Of a stretch of 64,000 bases of DNA, positions 13,551-29,500 are shown piece after piece. The notes beneath the pieces are model-generated. The model did not search any database. It worked only from the letters and a program-made list of their open reading frames with translations, and was not told the DNA's origin. Numbering within the stretch: the stretch's first letter is position 1; each line of letters begins with the position of its first letter. The DNA comes from Eledone cirrhosa (lineage: Eukaryota): assembly GCA_964016885.1 (NCBI GenBank), contig OZ024743.1:276520001-276584000 (forward strand). Reading direction: 5' to 3'. Position numbers and translations under genes: made by a program.

Positions 13551-16500
13551 GTTGCTAGAAGAAGCAATACTAACACCACAAACAACACCACCAGCAGTTG
13601 CTAGAAGCAACACTAACACCACAAACAACACCACCAGCAGTTGCTAGAAGAAGCAACACTAACACCACAAACAACACCACCAGCAGTTGCTAGAAGAAGC
13701 AACACTAACACCACAAACAACACCACCAGCAGTTGCTAGAAGAAGCAACACTAACACCACAAACAACACCACCAGCAGTTGCTAGAAGATGCAACACTAA
13801 CCCCACAAACAACACCACCAGTAGTTGCTAGAAGAAGCAACACTAACACCACAAACAACACCACCAGTAGTTGCTAGAAGCAACACTAACGCCACAAACA
13901 ACACCACCAGCAGTTGGTAGAAGAAGCAACACTAACACCACAAACAACACCACCAGCAGTTGGTAGATAAAGCAACACTAACCCCACAAACAACACCCCT
14001 AGTAGTTGCTAGAAGAAGCAATACTAACACCACAAACAACACCACCAGCAGTTGCTAGAAGCAACACTAACACCACAAACAACACCACCAGCAGTTGCTA
14101 GAAGAAGCAACACTAACACCACAAACAACACCACCAGCAGTTGCTAGAAGAAGCAACTCTAACACCACAAACAACACCACCAGCAGTTGCTAGAAGAAGC
14201 AACACTAACCCCACAAACAACACCACCAGTAGTTGCTAGAAGAAGCAACACTAACACCACCAGCAGTTGCTAGAAGCAACACTAACACCACAAACAACAC
14301 CACCAGCAGTTGCTAGAAGAAGCAACACTAACACCACAAACAACACCACCAGCAGTTGCTAGAAGAAGCAACACTAACCCCACAAACAACACCACCAGTA
14401 GTTGCTAGAAGAAGCAACACTAACACCACAAACAACACCACCAGCAGTTGCTAGAAGCAACACTAACACCACAAACAACACCACCAGCAGTTGCTAGAAG
14501 AAGCAACACTAACACCACAAACAACACCACCAGCAGTTGCTAGAAGAAGCAACACTAATACCACAAACAACACCACCAGCAGTAGCTAGAAGAAGCAACA
14601 CTAACACCACAAACAACACCACCAGCAGTTGCTAGAAGAAGCAACACTAACACCACAAACAACACCACCAGCAGTTGCTAGAAGCAACACTAACACCACA
14701 AACAACACCACCAGCAGTTGCTAGAAGAAGCAACACTAACACCACAAACAACACCACCAGCAGTAGCTAGAAGAAGCAACACTAACACCACAAACAACAC
14801 CACCAGCAGTTGCTAGAAGAAGCAACACTAACACCACAAACAACACCACCAGCAGTTGCTAGAAGCAACACTAACACCACAAACAACACCACCAGCAGTT
14901 GCTAGAAGAAGCAACACTAACACCACAAACAACACCAGCATAAGTTGCTAGAAGAAGCAACACTAACACCACAAACAACACCACCAGCAGTTGCTAGAAG
15001 AAGCAACACTAACACCACAAACAACACCACCAGCAGTTGCTAGAAGAAGCAACACTAACACCACAAACAACACCACCAGCAGTTGCTAGAAGCAACACTA
15101 ACACCACAAACAACACCACCAGCAGTTGCTAGAAGAAGCAACACTAACACCACAAACAAACCAGCAGCAGTTGCTAGAAGAAGCAACACTAACACCACAA
15201 ACAACACCACCAGCAGTTGCTAGAAGAAGCAACACTAACACCACAAACAACACCACCAGCAGTTGCTAGAAGAAGCAACACTAACACCACAAACAACACC
15301 ACCAGCAGTTGCTAGAAGAAGCAACACTAACACCACAAACAACACCACTAGCAGTTGCTAGAAGAAGCAACACTAACACCACAAACAACACCACCAGCAG
15401 TTGCTAGAAGAAGCAACACTAACACCACAAACAACACCACCAGCAGTTGCTAGAAGCAACACTAACACCACAAACACCACCACCAGCAGTTGCTAGAAGA
15501 AGCAACACTAACGCCACAAACAACACCACCAGCAGTTGCTAGAAGAAGCAACACTAACACCACAAACAACACCACCAGCAGTTGCTAGAAGAAGCAACAC
15601 TAACACCACAAACAACACCACCAGCAGTTGCTAGAAGAAGCAACACTAACACCACAAACAACACCACCAGCAGTTGCTAGAAGAAGCAACACTAACACCA
15701 CAAACAACACCACCAGCAGTTGCTAGAAGATGCAACACTAACCCCACAAACAACACCACCAGTAGTTGCTAGAAGAAGCAACACTAACACCACAAACAAC
15801 ACCACCAGTAGTTGCTAGAAGCAACACTAACGCCACAAACAACACCACCAGCAGTTGGTAGAAGAAGCAACACTAACACCACAAACAACACCACCAGCAG
15901 TTGCTAGAAGAAGCAACACTAACCCCACAAACAACACCCCTAGTAGTTGCTAGAAGAAGCAATACTAACACCACAAACAACACCACCAGCAGTTGCTAGA
16001 AGCAACACTAACACCACAAACAACACCACCAGCAGTTGCTAGAAGAAGCAACACTAACACCACAAACAACACCACCAGCAGTTGCTAGAAGAAGCAACAC
16101 TAACACCACAAACAACACCACCAGCAGTAGCTAGAAGAAGCAACACTAACACCACAAACAACACCACCAGCAGTTGCTAGAAGAAGCAACACTAACACCA
16201 CAAACAACACCACCAGCAGTTGCTAGAAGCAACACTAACACCACAAACAACACCACCAGCAGTTGCTAGAAGAAGCAACACTAACACCACAAACAACACC
16301 AGCAGCAGTTGCTAGAAGAAGCAACACTAACACCACAAACAACACCACCAGCAGTTGCTAGAAGAAGCAACACTAACACCACAAACAACACCACCAGCAG
16401 TTGCTAGAAGAAGCAACACTAACACCACAAACAACACCACCAGCAGTTGCTAGAAGAAGCAACACTAACACCACAAACAACACCACCAGCAGTTGCTAGA

Positions 16501-19500
16501 AGCAACACTAACACCACAAACAACACCACCAGCAGTTGCTAGAAGAAGCAACACTAACACCACAAACAACACCAGCAGCAGTTGCTAGAAGAAGCAACAC
16601 TAACACCACAAACAACACCACCAGCAGTTGCTAGAAGAAGCCACACTAACACCACAAACAACACCAGCAGCAGTTGCTAGAAGAAGCAACACTAACACCA
16701 CAAACAACACCAGCAGCAGTTGCTAGAAGAAGCAACACTAACACCACAAACAACACCACCAGCAGTTGCTAGAAGAAGCAACACTAACACCACAAACAAC
16801 ACCACCAGCAGTTGCTAGAAGAAGCAACACTAACACCACAAACAACACCACCAGCAGTTGCTAGAAGAAGCAACACTAACACCACAAACAACACCACCAG
16901 CAGTTGCTAGAAGCAACACTAACACCACAAACAACACCACCAGCAGTTGCTAGAAGAAGCAACACTAACACCACAAACAACACCAGCAGCAGTTGCTAGA
17001 AGAAGCAACACTAACACCACAAACAACACCACCAGCAGTTGCTAGAAGAAGCAACACTAACACCACAAACAACACCACCAGCAGTTGCTAGAAGAAGCAA
17101 CACTAACACCACAAACAACACCACCAGCAGTTGCTAGAAGAAGCAACACTAACACCACAAACAACACCACCAGCAGTTGCTAGAAGAAGCAACACTAACA
17201 CCACAAACAACACCACCAGCAGTTGCTAGAAGCACCACTAACACCACAAACAACACCACCAGCAGTTGCTAGAAGAAGCAACACTAACACCACAAACAAA
17301 CCAGCAGCAGTTGCTAGAAGAAGCAACACTAACACCACAAACAACACCACCAGCAGTAGCTAGAAGAAGCAACACTAACACCACAAACAACACCACCAGC
17401 AGTTGCTAGAAGAAGCAACACTAACACCACAAACAACACCACCAGCAGTTGTTAGAAGAAGCAACACTAACACCACAAACAACACCACCAGCAGTAGCTA
17501 GAAGAAGCAACACTAACACCACAAACAACACCACCAGCAGTAGATAGAAGAAGCAACACTAACACCACAAACAACACCATCAGCAGTTGCTAGAAGAAGC
17601 AGCACTAACACCACAAACAACACCACTAGCAGTAGCTAGAAGAAGCAACACTAACACCCCAAACAACACCACCAGCAGTTGTTAGAAGAAGCAACACTAA
17701 CACCACAAACAACACCACCAGCAGTTGCTAGAAGCAACACTAACACCACAAACAACACCACCAGCAGTTGCTAGAAGAAACAACACTAACACCACAAACA
17801 ACATCACCAGCAGTTGCTAGAAGAAGCAACACTAACACCACAAACAACACCACCAGCATTAGCTAAAAGAAGCAACACTAACACCACAAACAACATCACC
17901 AGCAGTTGCTAGAAGAAGCAACACTAACACCACAAACAACACCATCAGCAGTTGCTAGAAGAAGCAACACTAACACCACAAACAACACCACTAGCAGTAG
18001 CTAGAAGAAGCAACACTAACACCACAAACAACACCACCAGCAGTTGTTAGAAGAAGCAACACTAACACCACAAACAACACCACCAGCAGTTGCTAGAAGC
18101 AACACTAACACCACAAACAACACCACCAGCAGTTGATAGAAGAAACAACACTAACACCACAAACAACATCACCAGCAGTTGCTAGAAGAAGCAACACTAA
18201 CACCACAAACAACACCACCAGCAGTTGCTAGAAGAAGCAACACTAACACCACAAACAACACCACCAGCAGTAGCTAGAAGAAGCAACACTAACACCACAA
18301 ACAACACCACCAGCAGTAGCTAGAAGAAGCAACACTAACACCACAAACAACATCACCAGCAGTTGCTAAAAGAAGCAACACTAACACCACAAACAACACC
18401 ACCAGCAGTTGCTAGAAGAAGCAACACTAACACCACAAAAAACACCACCAGCAGTTGCTAGAAGAAGCAACACTAACACCACAAACAACACCACCAGCAG
18501 TAGCTAGAAGAAGCAACACTAACACCACAAACAACATCACCAGCAGTTGCTAGAAGAAGCAACACTAACACCACAAACAACACCACCAGCAGTTGCTAGA
18601 AGAAGCAACACTAACACCACAAACAACACCACCAGCAGTTGCTAGAAGAAGGAACACTAACACCACAAACAACACCACCAGCAGTAGCTAAAAGAAGCAA
18701 CACTAACACCACAAACAACACCACCAGCAGTTGCTAGAAGGAGCAACACTAACACCACAAACAACACCACCAGCAGTTGCTAGAAGCAACACTAACACCA
18801 CAAACAACACCACCAGCAGTTGATAGAAGAAACAACACTAACACCACAAACAACATCACCAGCAGTTGCTAGAAGAAGCAACACTAACACCACAAACAAC
18901 ACCACCAGCAGTTGCTAGAAGAAGCAACACTAACACCACAAACAACACCACCAGCAGTAGCTAGAAGAAGCAACACTAACACCACAAACAACACCACCAG
19001 CAGTAGCTAGAAGAAGCAACACTAACACCACAAACAACATCACCAGCAGTTGCTAAAAGAAGCAACACTAACACCACAAACAACACCACCAGCAGTTGCT
19101 AGAAGAAGCAACACTAACACCACAAAAAACACCACCAGCAGTTGCTAGAAGAAGCAGCACTAACACCACAAAAAACACCACCAGCAGTAGCTAGAAGAAG
19201 CAACACTAACACCACAAACAACATCACCAGCAGTTGCTAGAAGAAGCAACACTAACACCACAAACAACACCACCAGCAGTTGCTAGAAGAAGCAACACTA
19301 ACACCACAAACAACACCACCAGCAGTAGCTAGAAGAAGCAACACTAACACAACAAACAACACCACCAGCAGTTGCTAGAAGAAGCAACACTAACACCACA
19401 AACAACACCACCAGCAGTTGCTAGAAGCATCACTAACACCACAAACAACACCACCAGCAGTTGCTAGAAGAAGCAACACTAACACCACAAACAACACCAG

Positions 19501-22500
19501 CATAAGTTGCTAGAAGAAGCAACACTAACACCACAAACAACACCACCAGCAGTTGCTAGAAGAAGCAACACTAACACCACAAACAACACCACCAGCAGTT
19601 GCTAGAAGAAGCAACACTAACACCACAAACAACACCACCAGCAGTTGCTAGAAGCAACACTAACACCACAAACAACACCACCAGCAGTTGCTAGAAGAAG
19701 CAACACTAACACCACAAACAAACCAGCAGCAGTTGCTAGAAGAAGCAACACTAACACCACAAACAACACCACCAGCAGTTGCTAGAAGAAGCAACACTAA
19801 CACCACAAACAACACCACCAGCAGTTGCTAGAAGAAGCAACACTAACACCACAAACAACACCACCAGCAGTTGCTAGAAGAAGCAACACTAACACCACAA
19901 ACAACACCACTAGCAGTTGCTAGAAGAAGCAACACTAACACCACAAACAACACCACCAGCAGTTGCTAGAAGAAGCAACACTAACACCACAAACAACACC
20001 ACCAGCAGTTGCTAGAAGCAACACTAACACCACAAACACCACCACCAGCAGTTGCTAGAAGAAGCAACACTAACGCCACAAACAACACCACCAGCAGTTG
20101 CTAGAAGAAGCAACACTAACACCACAAACAACACCACCAGCAGTTGCTAGAAGAAGCAACACTAACACCACAAACAACACCACCAGCAGTTGCTAGAAGA
20201 AGCAACACTAACACCACAAACAACACCACCAGCAGTTGCTAGAAGAAGCAACACTAACACCACAAACAACACCACCAGCAGTTGCTAGAAGATGCAACAC
20301 TAACCCCACAAACAACACCACCAGTAGTTGCTAGAAGAAGCAACACTAACACCACAAACAACACCACCAGTAGTTGCTAGAAGCAACACTAACGCCACAA
20401 ACAACACCACCAGCAGTTGGTAGAAGAAGCAACACTAACACCACAAACAACACCACCAGCAGTTGCTAGAAGAAGCAACACTAACCCCACAAACAACACC
20501 CCTAGTAGTTGCTAGAAGAAGCAATACTAACACCACAAACAACACCACCAGCAGTTGCTAGAAGCAACACTAACACCACAAACAACACCACCAGCAGTTG
20601 CTAGAAGAAGCAACACTAACACCACAAACAACACCACCAGCAGTTGCTAGAAGAAGCAACACTAACACCACAAACAACACCACCAGCAGTTGCTAGAAGA
20701 AGCAACACTAACACCACAAACAACACCACCAGCAGTTGCTAGAAGAAGCAACACTAACACCACAAACAACACCACCAGCAGTTGCTAGAAGCACCACTAA
20801 CACCACAAACAACACCACCAGCAGTTGCTAGAAGAAGCAACACTAACACCACAAACAAACCAGCAGCAGTTGCTAGAAGAAGCAACACTAACACCACAAA
20901 CAACACCACCAGCAGTAGCTAGAAGAAGCAACACTAACACCACAAACAACACCACCAGCAGTAGCTAGAAGAAGCAACACTAACACCCCAAACAACACCA
21001 CCAGCAGTTGTTAGAAGAAGCAACACTAACACCACAAACAACACCACCAGCAGTTGCTAGAAGCAACACTAACACCACAAACAACACCACCAGCAGTTGC
21101 TAGAAGAAACAACACTAACACCACAAACAACACCACCAGCAGTTGTTAGAAGAAGCAACACTAACACCACAAACAACACCACCAGCAGTAGCTAGAAGAA
21201 GCAACACTAACACCACAAACAACACCACCAGCAGTAGATAGAAGAAGCAACACTAACACCACAAACAACACCATCAGCAGTTGCTAGAAGAAGCAGCACT
21301 AACACCACAAACAACACCACTAGCAGTAGCTAGAAGAAGCAACACTAACACCCCAAACAACACCACCAGCAGTTGTTAGAAGAAGCAACACTAACACCAC
21401 AAACAACACGACCAGCAGTTGCTAGAAGCAACACTAACACCACAAACAACACCACCAGCAGTTGCTAGAAGAAACAACACTAACACCACAAACAACATCA
21501 CCAGCAGTTGCTAGAAGAAGCAACACTAACACCACAAACAACACCACCAGCAGTTGCTAGAAGAAGCAACACTAACACCACAAACAACACCACCAGCAGT
21601 AGCTAGAAGAAGCAACACTAACACCACAAACAACACCACCAGCAGTAGCTAGAAGAAGCAACACTAACACCACAAACCACATCACCAGCAATTGCTAAAA
21701 GAAGCAACACTAACACCACAAACAACACCACCAGCAGTTGCTAGAAGAAGCAACACTAACACCACAAAAAACACCACCAGCAGTTGCTAGAAGAAGCAAC
21801 ACTAACACCACAAACAACACCACCAGCAGTAGCTAGAAGAAGCAACACTAACACCACAAACAACACCACCAGCAGTAGCTAGAAGAAGCAACACTAACAC
21901 CACAAACAACACCACCAGCAGTGGCTAGAAGAAGCAACACTAACACCACAAACAACACCACCAGCAGTTGCTAGAAGAAGCAACACTAACACCACAAACA
22001 ACACCACCAGCAGTTGATAGAAGAAGCAACACTGACACCACAAACAACACCACCAGCAGTTGCTAGAAGAAGCAATACTAACACCACAAACAACACCACC
22101 AGCAGTTGCTAGAAGAAGGAACACTAACACCACAAACAACACCACCAGCAGTAGCTAAAAGAAGCAACACTAACACCACAAACAACATCACCAGCAGTTG
22201 CTAGAAGAAGCAACACTAACACCACAAACAACACCATCAGCAGTTGCTAGAAGAAGCAACACTAACACCACAAACAACACCACTAGCAGTAGCTAGAAGA
22301 AGCAACACTAACACCACAAACAACACCACCGGCAGTTGTTAGAAGAAGCAACACTAATACCACAAACAACACCACCAGCAGTTGCTAGAAGCAACACTAA
22401 CACCACAAACAACACCACCAGCAGTTGATAGAAGAAACAACACTAACACCACAAACAACATCACCAGCAGTTGCTAGAAGAAGCAACACTAACACCACAA

Positions 22501-23799
22501 ACAACACCACCAGCAGTTGCTAGAAGAAGCAACACTAACACCACAAACAACACCACCAGCAGTAGCTAGAAGAAGCAACACTAACACCACAAACAACACC
22601 ACCAGCAGTAGCTAGAAGAAGCAACACTAACACCACAAACAACATCACCAGCAGTTGCTAAAGGAAGCAACACTAACACCACAAACAACACCACCAGCAG
22701 TTGCTAGAAGAAGCAACACTAACACCACAAAAAACACCACCAGCAGTTGCTAGAAGAAGCAACACTAACACCACAAACAACACCACCAGCAGTAGCTAGA
22801 AGAAGCAACACTAACACCACAAACAACATCACCAGCAGTTGCTAGAAGAAGCAACACTAACACCACAAACAACACCACCAGCAGTTGCTAGAAGAAGCAA
22901 CACTAACACCACAAACAACACCACCAGCAGTTGCTAGAAGAAGGAACACTAACACCACAAACAACACCACCAGCAGTAGCTAAAAGAAGCAACACTAACA
23001 CCACAAACAACACCACCAGCAGTTGCTAGAAGGAGCAACACTAACACCACAAACAACACCACCAGCAGTTGCTAGAAGCAACACTAACACCACAAACAAC
23101 ACCACCAGCAGTTGATAGAAGAAACAACACTAACACCACAAACAACATCACCAGCAGTTGCTAGAAGAAGCAACACTAACACCACAAACAACACCACCAG
23201 CAGTTGCTAGAAGAAGCAACACTAACACCACAAACAACACCACCAGCAGTAGCTAGAAGAAGCAACACTAACACCACAAACAACACCACCAGCAGTAGCT
23301 AGAAGAAGCAACACTAACACCACAAACAACATCACCAGCAGTTGCTAAAAGAAGCAACACTAACACCACAAACAACACCACCAGCAGTTGCTAGAAGAAG
23401 CAACACTAACACCACAAAAAACACCACCAGCAGTTGCTAGAAGAAGCAGCACTAACACCACAAAAAACACCACCAGCAGTAGCTAGAAGAAGCAACACTA
23501 ACACCACAAACAACATCACCAGCAGTTGCTAGAAGAAGCAACACTAACACCACAAACAACACCACCAGCAGTTGCTAGGAGAAGCCACACTAACACCACA
23601 AACAACAGCACCAGCAGTTGCTAGAAGAAGCAACACTAACACCACAAACAACACCACCAGCAGTTGCTAGAAGAAGGAACACTAACACCACAAACAACAC
23701 CACCAGCAGTAGCTAAAAGAAGCAACACTAACACCACAAACAACACCACCAGCAGTTGCTAGAAGAAGGAACACTAACACCACAAACAACACCACCAGC

Positions 23800-26560
23800 A
23801 GTTGCTAAAAGAAGCAACACTAACACCACAAACAACACCACCAGCAGTAGCTAAAAGAAGCAACACTAACACCACAAACAACACCACCAGCAGTTGCTAG
23901 AAGGAGCAACACTAACACCACAAACAACACCACCAGCAGTTGCTAGAAGCAACACTAACACCACAAACAACACCACCAGCAGTTGATAGAAGAAACAACA
24001 CTAACACCACAAACAACATCACCAGCAGTTGATAGAAGAAACAACACTAACACCACAAACAACATCACCAGCAGTTGCTAGAAGAAGCAACACTAACACC
24101 ACAAACAACACCACCAGCAGTTGCTAGAAGAAGCAACACTAACACCACAAACAACACCACCAGCAGTAGCTAGAAGAAGCAACACTAACACCACAAACAA
24201 CACCACCAGCAGTAGCTAGAAGAAGCAACACTAACACCACAAACAACATCACCAGCAGTTGCTAAAAGAAGCAACACTAACACCACAAACAACACCACCA
24301 GCAGTTGCTAGAAGAAGGAACACTAACACCACAAACAACACCACCAGCAGTAGCTAAAAGAAGCAACACTAACACCACAAACAACACCACCAGCAGTTGC
24401 TAGAAGAAGCAACACTAACACCACAAACAACACCACCAGCAGTAGCTAGAAGAAGCAACACTAACACCACAAACAACACCACCAGCAGTAGCTAGAAGAA
24501 GCAACACTAACACCACAAACAACATCACCAGCAGTTGCTAGAAGAAGCAACACTAACACCACAAACAACACCACCAGCAGTTGCTAGAAGAAGCAACACT
24601 AACACCACAAACAACACCACCAGCAGTAGCTAGAAGAAGCAACACTAACACCACAAACAACACCACCAGCAGTAGCTAGAAGAAGCAACACTAACACCAC
24701 AAACAACATCACCAGCAGTTGCTAAAAGAAGCAACACTAACACCACAAACAACACCACCAGCAGTTGCTAGAAGAAGCAACACTAACACCACAAAAAACA
24801 CCACCAGCAGTTGCTAGAAGAAGCAACACTAACACCACAAACAACACCACCAGCAGTAGCTAGAAGAAGCAACACTAACACCACAAACAACATCACCAGC
24901 AGTTGCTAGAAGAAGCAACACTAACACCACAAACAACACCACCAGCAGTTGCTAGAAGAATCAACACTAACACCACAAACAACACCACCAGCAGTTGCTA
25001 GAAGAAGCAACACTAACACCACAAACAACACCACCAGCAGTTGCTAGAAGAAGCAACACTAACACCACAAACAACACCACCAGCAGTTGCTAGAAGAAGC
25101 AACACTAACACCACAAACAACACCACCAGCAGTTGCTAGAAGAAGGAACACTAACACCACAAACAACACCACCAGCAGTTGCTAGAAGAAGGAACACTAA
25201 CACCACAAACAACACCACCAGCAGTAGCTAAAAGAAGCAACACTAACACCACAAACAACACCACCAGCAGTTGCTAGAAGGAGCAACACTAACACCACAA
25301 ACAACACCACCAGCAGTTGCTAGAAGCAACACTAACACCACAAACAACACCACCAGCAGTTGATAGAAGAAACAACACTAACACCACAAACAACATCACC
25401 AGCAGTTGATAGAAGAAACAACACTAACACCACAAACAACATCACCAGCAGTTGCTAGAAGAAGCAACACTAACACCACAAACAACACCACCAGCAGTTG
25501 CTAGAAGAAGCAACACTAACACCACAAACAACACCACCAGCAGTAGCTAGAAGAAGCAACACTAACACCACAAACAACACCACCAGCAGTAGCTAGAAGA
25601 AGCAACACTAACACCACAAACAACATCACCAGCAGTTGCTAAAAGAAGCAACACTAACACCACAAACAACACCACCAGCAGTTGCTAGAAGAAGGAACAC
25701 TAACACCACAAACAACACCACCAGCAGTAGCTAAAAGAAGCAACACTAACACCACAAACAACACCACCAGCAGTTGCTAGAAGAAGCAACACTAACACCA
25801 CAAACAACACCACCAGCAGTAGCTAGAAGAAGCAACACTAACACCACAAACAACACCACCAGCAGTAGCTAGAAGAAGCAACACTAACACCACAAACAAC
25901 ATCACCAGCAGTTGCTAGAAGAAGCAACACTAACACCACAAACAACACCACCAGCAGTTGCTAGAAGAAGCAACACTAACACCACAAACAACACCACCAG
26001 CAGTAGCTAGAAGAAGCAACACTAACACCACAAACAACACCACCAGCAGTAGCTAGAAGAAGCAACACTAACACCACAAACAACATCACCAGCAGTTGCT
26101 AAAAGAAGCAACACTAACACCACAAACAACACCACCAGCAGTTGCTAGAAGAAGCAACACTAACACCACAAAAAACACCACCAGCAGTTGCTAGAAGAAG
26201 CAACACTAACACCACAAACAACACCACCAGCAGTAGCTAGAAGAAGCAACACTAACACCACAAACAACATCACCAGCAGTTGCTAGAAGAAGCAACACTA
26301 ACACCACAAACAACACCACCAGCAGTTGCTAGAAGAATCAACACTAACACCACAAACAACACCACCAGCAGTTGCTAGAAGAAGCAACACTAACACCACA
26401 AACAACACCACCAGCAGTTGCTAGAAGAAGCAACACTAACACCACAAACAACACCACCAGCAGTTGCTAGAAGAAGCAACACTAACACCACAAACAACAC
26501 CACCAGCAGTTGCTAGAAGAAGGAACACTAACACCACAAACAACACCACCAGCAGTAGCT
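23800..26560. repeat. Tandem higher-order duplication, period 1,377 bp (30 monomers minus 3 bp)
   Basis: The doubled TGATAGAAGAAAC monomers at 23984/25361 and the GAATCAAC variant at 24961/26338 are both at +1377. Confidence 0.88.
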
Positions 26561-29500
26561 AAAAGAAGCAACACTAACACCACAAACAACACCACCAGCA
26601 GTTGCTAGAAGGAGCAACACTAACACCACAAACAACACCACCAGCAGTTGCTAGAAGCAACACTAACACCACAAACAACACCACCAGCAGTTGATAGAAG
26701 AAACAACACTAACACCACAAACAACATCACCAGCAGTTGCTAGAAGAAGCAACACTAACACCACAAACAACACCACCAGCAGTTGCTAGAAGAAGCAACA
26801 CTAACACCACAAACAACACCACCAGCAGTAGCTAGAAGAAGCAACACTAACACCACAAACAACACCAGCAGCAGTAGCTAGAAGAAGCAACACTAACACC
26901 ACAAACAACATCACCAGCAGTTGCTAAAAGAAGCAACACTAACACCACAAACAACACCACCAGCAGTTGCTAGAAGAAGCAACACTAACACCACAAAAAA
27001 CACCACCAGCAGTTGCTAGAAGAAGCAGCACTAACACCACAAAAAACACCACCAGCAGTAGCTAGAAGAAGCAACACTAACACCACAAACAACATCACCA
27101 GCAGTTGCTAGAAGAAGCAACACTAACACCACAAACAACACCACCAGCAGTTGCTAGGAGAAGCCACACTAACACCACAAACAACAGCACCAGCAGTTGC
27201 TAGAAGAAGCAACACTAACACCACAAACAACATCACCAGCAGTTGCTAGAAGAAGCAACACTAACACCACAAACAACACCACCAGCAGTTGCTAGAAGGA
27301 GCAACACTAACACCACAAACAACACCACCAGCAGTTGCTAGAAGAAGCAACACTAACACCACAAACAACACCACCAGCAGTTGCTAGAAGGAGCAACACT
27401 AACACCACAAACAACACCACCAGCAGTTGCTAGAAGAAGCAACACTAACACCACAAACAACACCACCAGCAGTTGCTAGAAGAAGGAACACTAACACCAC
27501 AAACAACACCACCAGCAGTTGCTAGAAGGAGCAACACTAACGCCACAAACAACACCACCAGCAGTTGCAAGAAGCAACACTAACACCACAAACAACACCA
27601 CCAGCAGTTGCTAGAAGAAGCAACACTAACACCACAAACAACACCACCAGCAGTTGCTAGAAGAAGCAACACTAACACCACAAACAACACCACCAGCAGT
27701 AGCTAGAACCAACACTAACACCACAAACAACACCACCAGCAGTTGCTAGAAGAAGCAACACTAACACCACAAACAACACCACCAGCAGTTGCTAGAAGAA
27801 GCAACACTAACACCACAAACAACACCAGCAGCAGTAGATAGAAGAAGCAACACTAACACCACAAACAACACCACCAGCAGTAGCTAGAAGAAGCAACACT
27901 AACACCACAAACAACACCACCAGCAGTAGATAGAAGAAGCAACACTAACACCACAAACAACACCACCAGCAGTAGCTAGAAGAAGCAACACTAACACCAC
28001 AAACAACACCATCAGCAGTTGCTAGAAGAAGCAACACTAACACCACAAACAACACCACTAGCAGTAGCTAGAAGAAGCAACACTAACACCACAAACAACA
28101 CCACCAGCAGTTGTTAGAAGAAGCAAAACTAACACCACAAACAACACCACCAGCAGTTGCTAGAAGCAACACTAACACCACAAACAACACCACCAGAGGT
28201 TGCTAGAAGAAACAACACTAACACCACAAACAACATCACCAGCAGTTGCTAGATGAAGCAACACTAACACCACAAACAACACCACCAGCAGTTGCTAGAA
28301 GAAGCAACACTAACACCACAAACAACACCACCAGCAGTAGCTAGAAGAAGCAACACTAACACCACAAACAACACCACCAGCAGTAGCTAGAAGAAGCAAC
28401 ACTAACACCACAAACAACATCACCAGCAGTTGCTAAAAGAAGCAACACTAACACCACAAACAACACCACCAGCAGTTGCTAGAAGAAGCAACACTAACAC
28501 CACAAAAAACACCACCAGCAGTTACTAGAAGAAGCAACACTAACACCACAAACAACACCACCAGCAGTTGCTAGAAGAAGCAACACTAACACCACAAACA
28601 ACACCACCAGCAGTTGCTAGAAGAAGCAACACTAACACCACAAACAACAGCACCAGCAGTTGCTAGAAGAAGCAACACTAACACCACAAACAACACCACC
28701 AGCAGTTGCTAGAAGAAGGAACACTAACACCACAAACAACACCACCAGCAGTAGCTAAAAGAAGCAACACTAACACCACAAACAACATCACCAGCAGTTG
28801 CTAGAAGAAGCAACACTAACACCACAAACAACACCACCAGCAGTTGCTAGAAGGAGCAACACTAACACCACAAGCAACACCACCAGCAGTTGCTAGAAGA
28901 AGCAACACTAACACCACAAACAACACCACCAGCAGTTGCTAGAAGGAGCAACACTAACACCACAAACAACACCACCAGCAGTTGCTAGAAGAAGCAACAC
29001 TAACACCACAAACAACACCACCAGCAGTTGCTAGAAGAAGGAACACTAACACCACAAACAACACCACCAGCAGTTGCTAGAAGGAGCAACACTAACGCCA
29101 CAAACAACACCACCAGCAGTTGCAAGAAGCAACACTAACACCACAAACAACACCACCAGCAGTTGCTAGAAGAAGCAACACTAACACCACAAACAACACC
29201 ACCAGCAGTTGCTAGAAGAAGCAACACTAACACCACAAACAACACCACCAGCAGTAGCTAGAACCAACACTAACACCACAAACAACACCACCAGCAGTTG
29301 CTAGAAGAAGCAACACTAACACCACAAACAACACCACCAGCAGTTGCTAGAAGAAGCAACACTAACACCACAAACAACACCACCAGCAGTAGCTAGAAGA
29401 AGCAACACTAACACCACAAACAACACCACCAGCAGTAAATAGAAGAAGCAACACTAACACCACAAACAACACCACCAGCAGTAGCTAGAAGAAGCAACAC

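Noticed and set aside
21894-22145. 83-aa minus-strand ORF (MVLFVVLVFLLLATAGG...), hydrophobic and Cys/Trp-rich, resembling a signal peptide; identical ORF at 63668-63919
   Set aside because: It is just the translation of the satellite. It is long only because the GTTGATAG and ACTGAC variants remove both minus-strand TAG stops of one monomer. The start is not ATG, and the identity of the two ORFs reflects block duplication.
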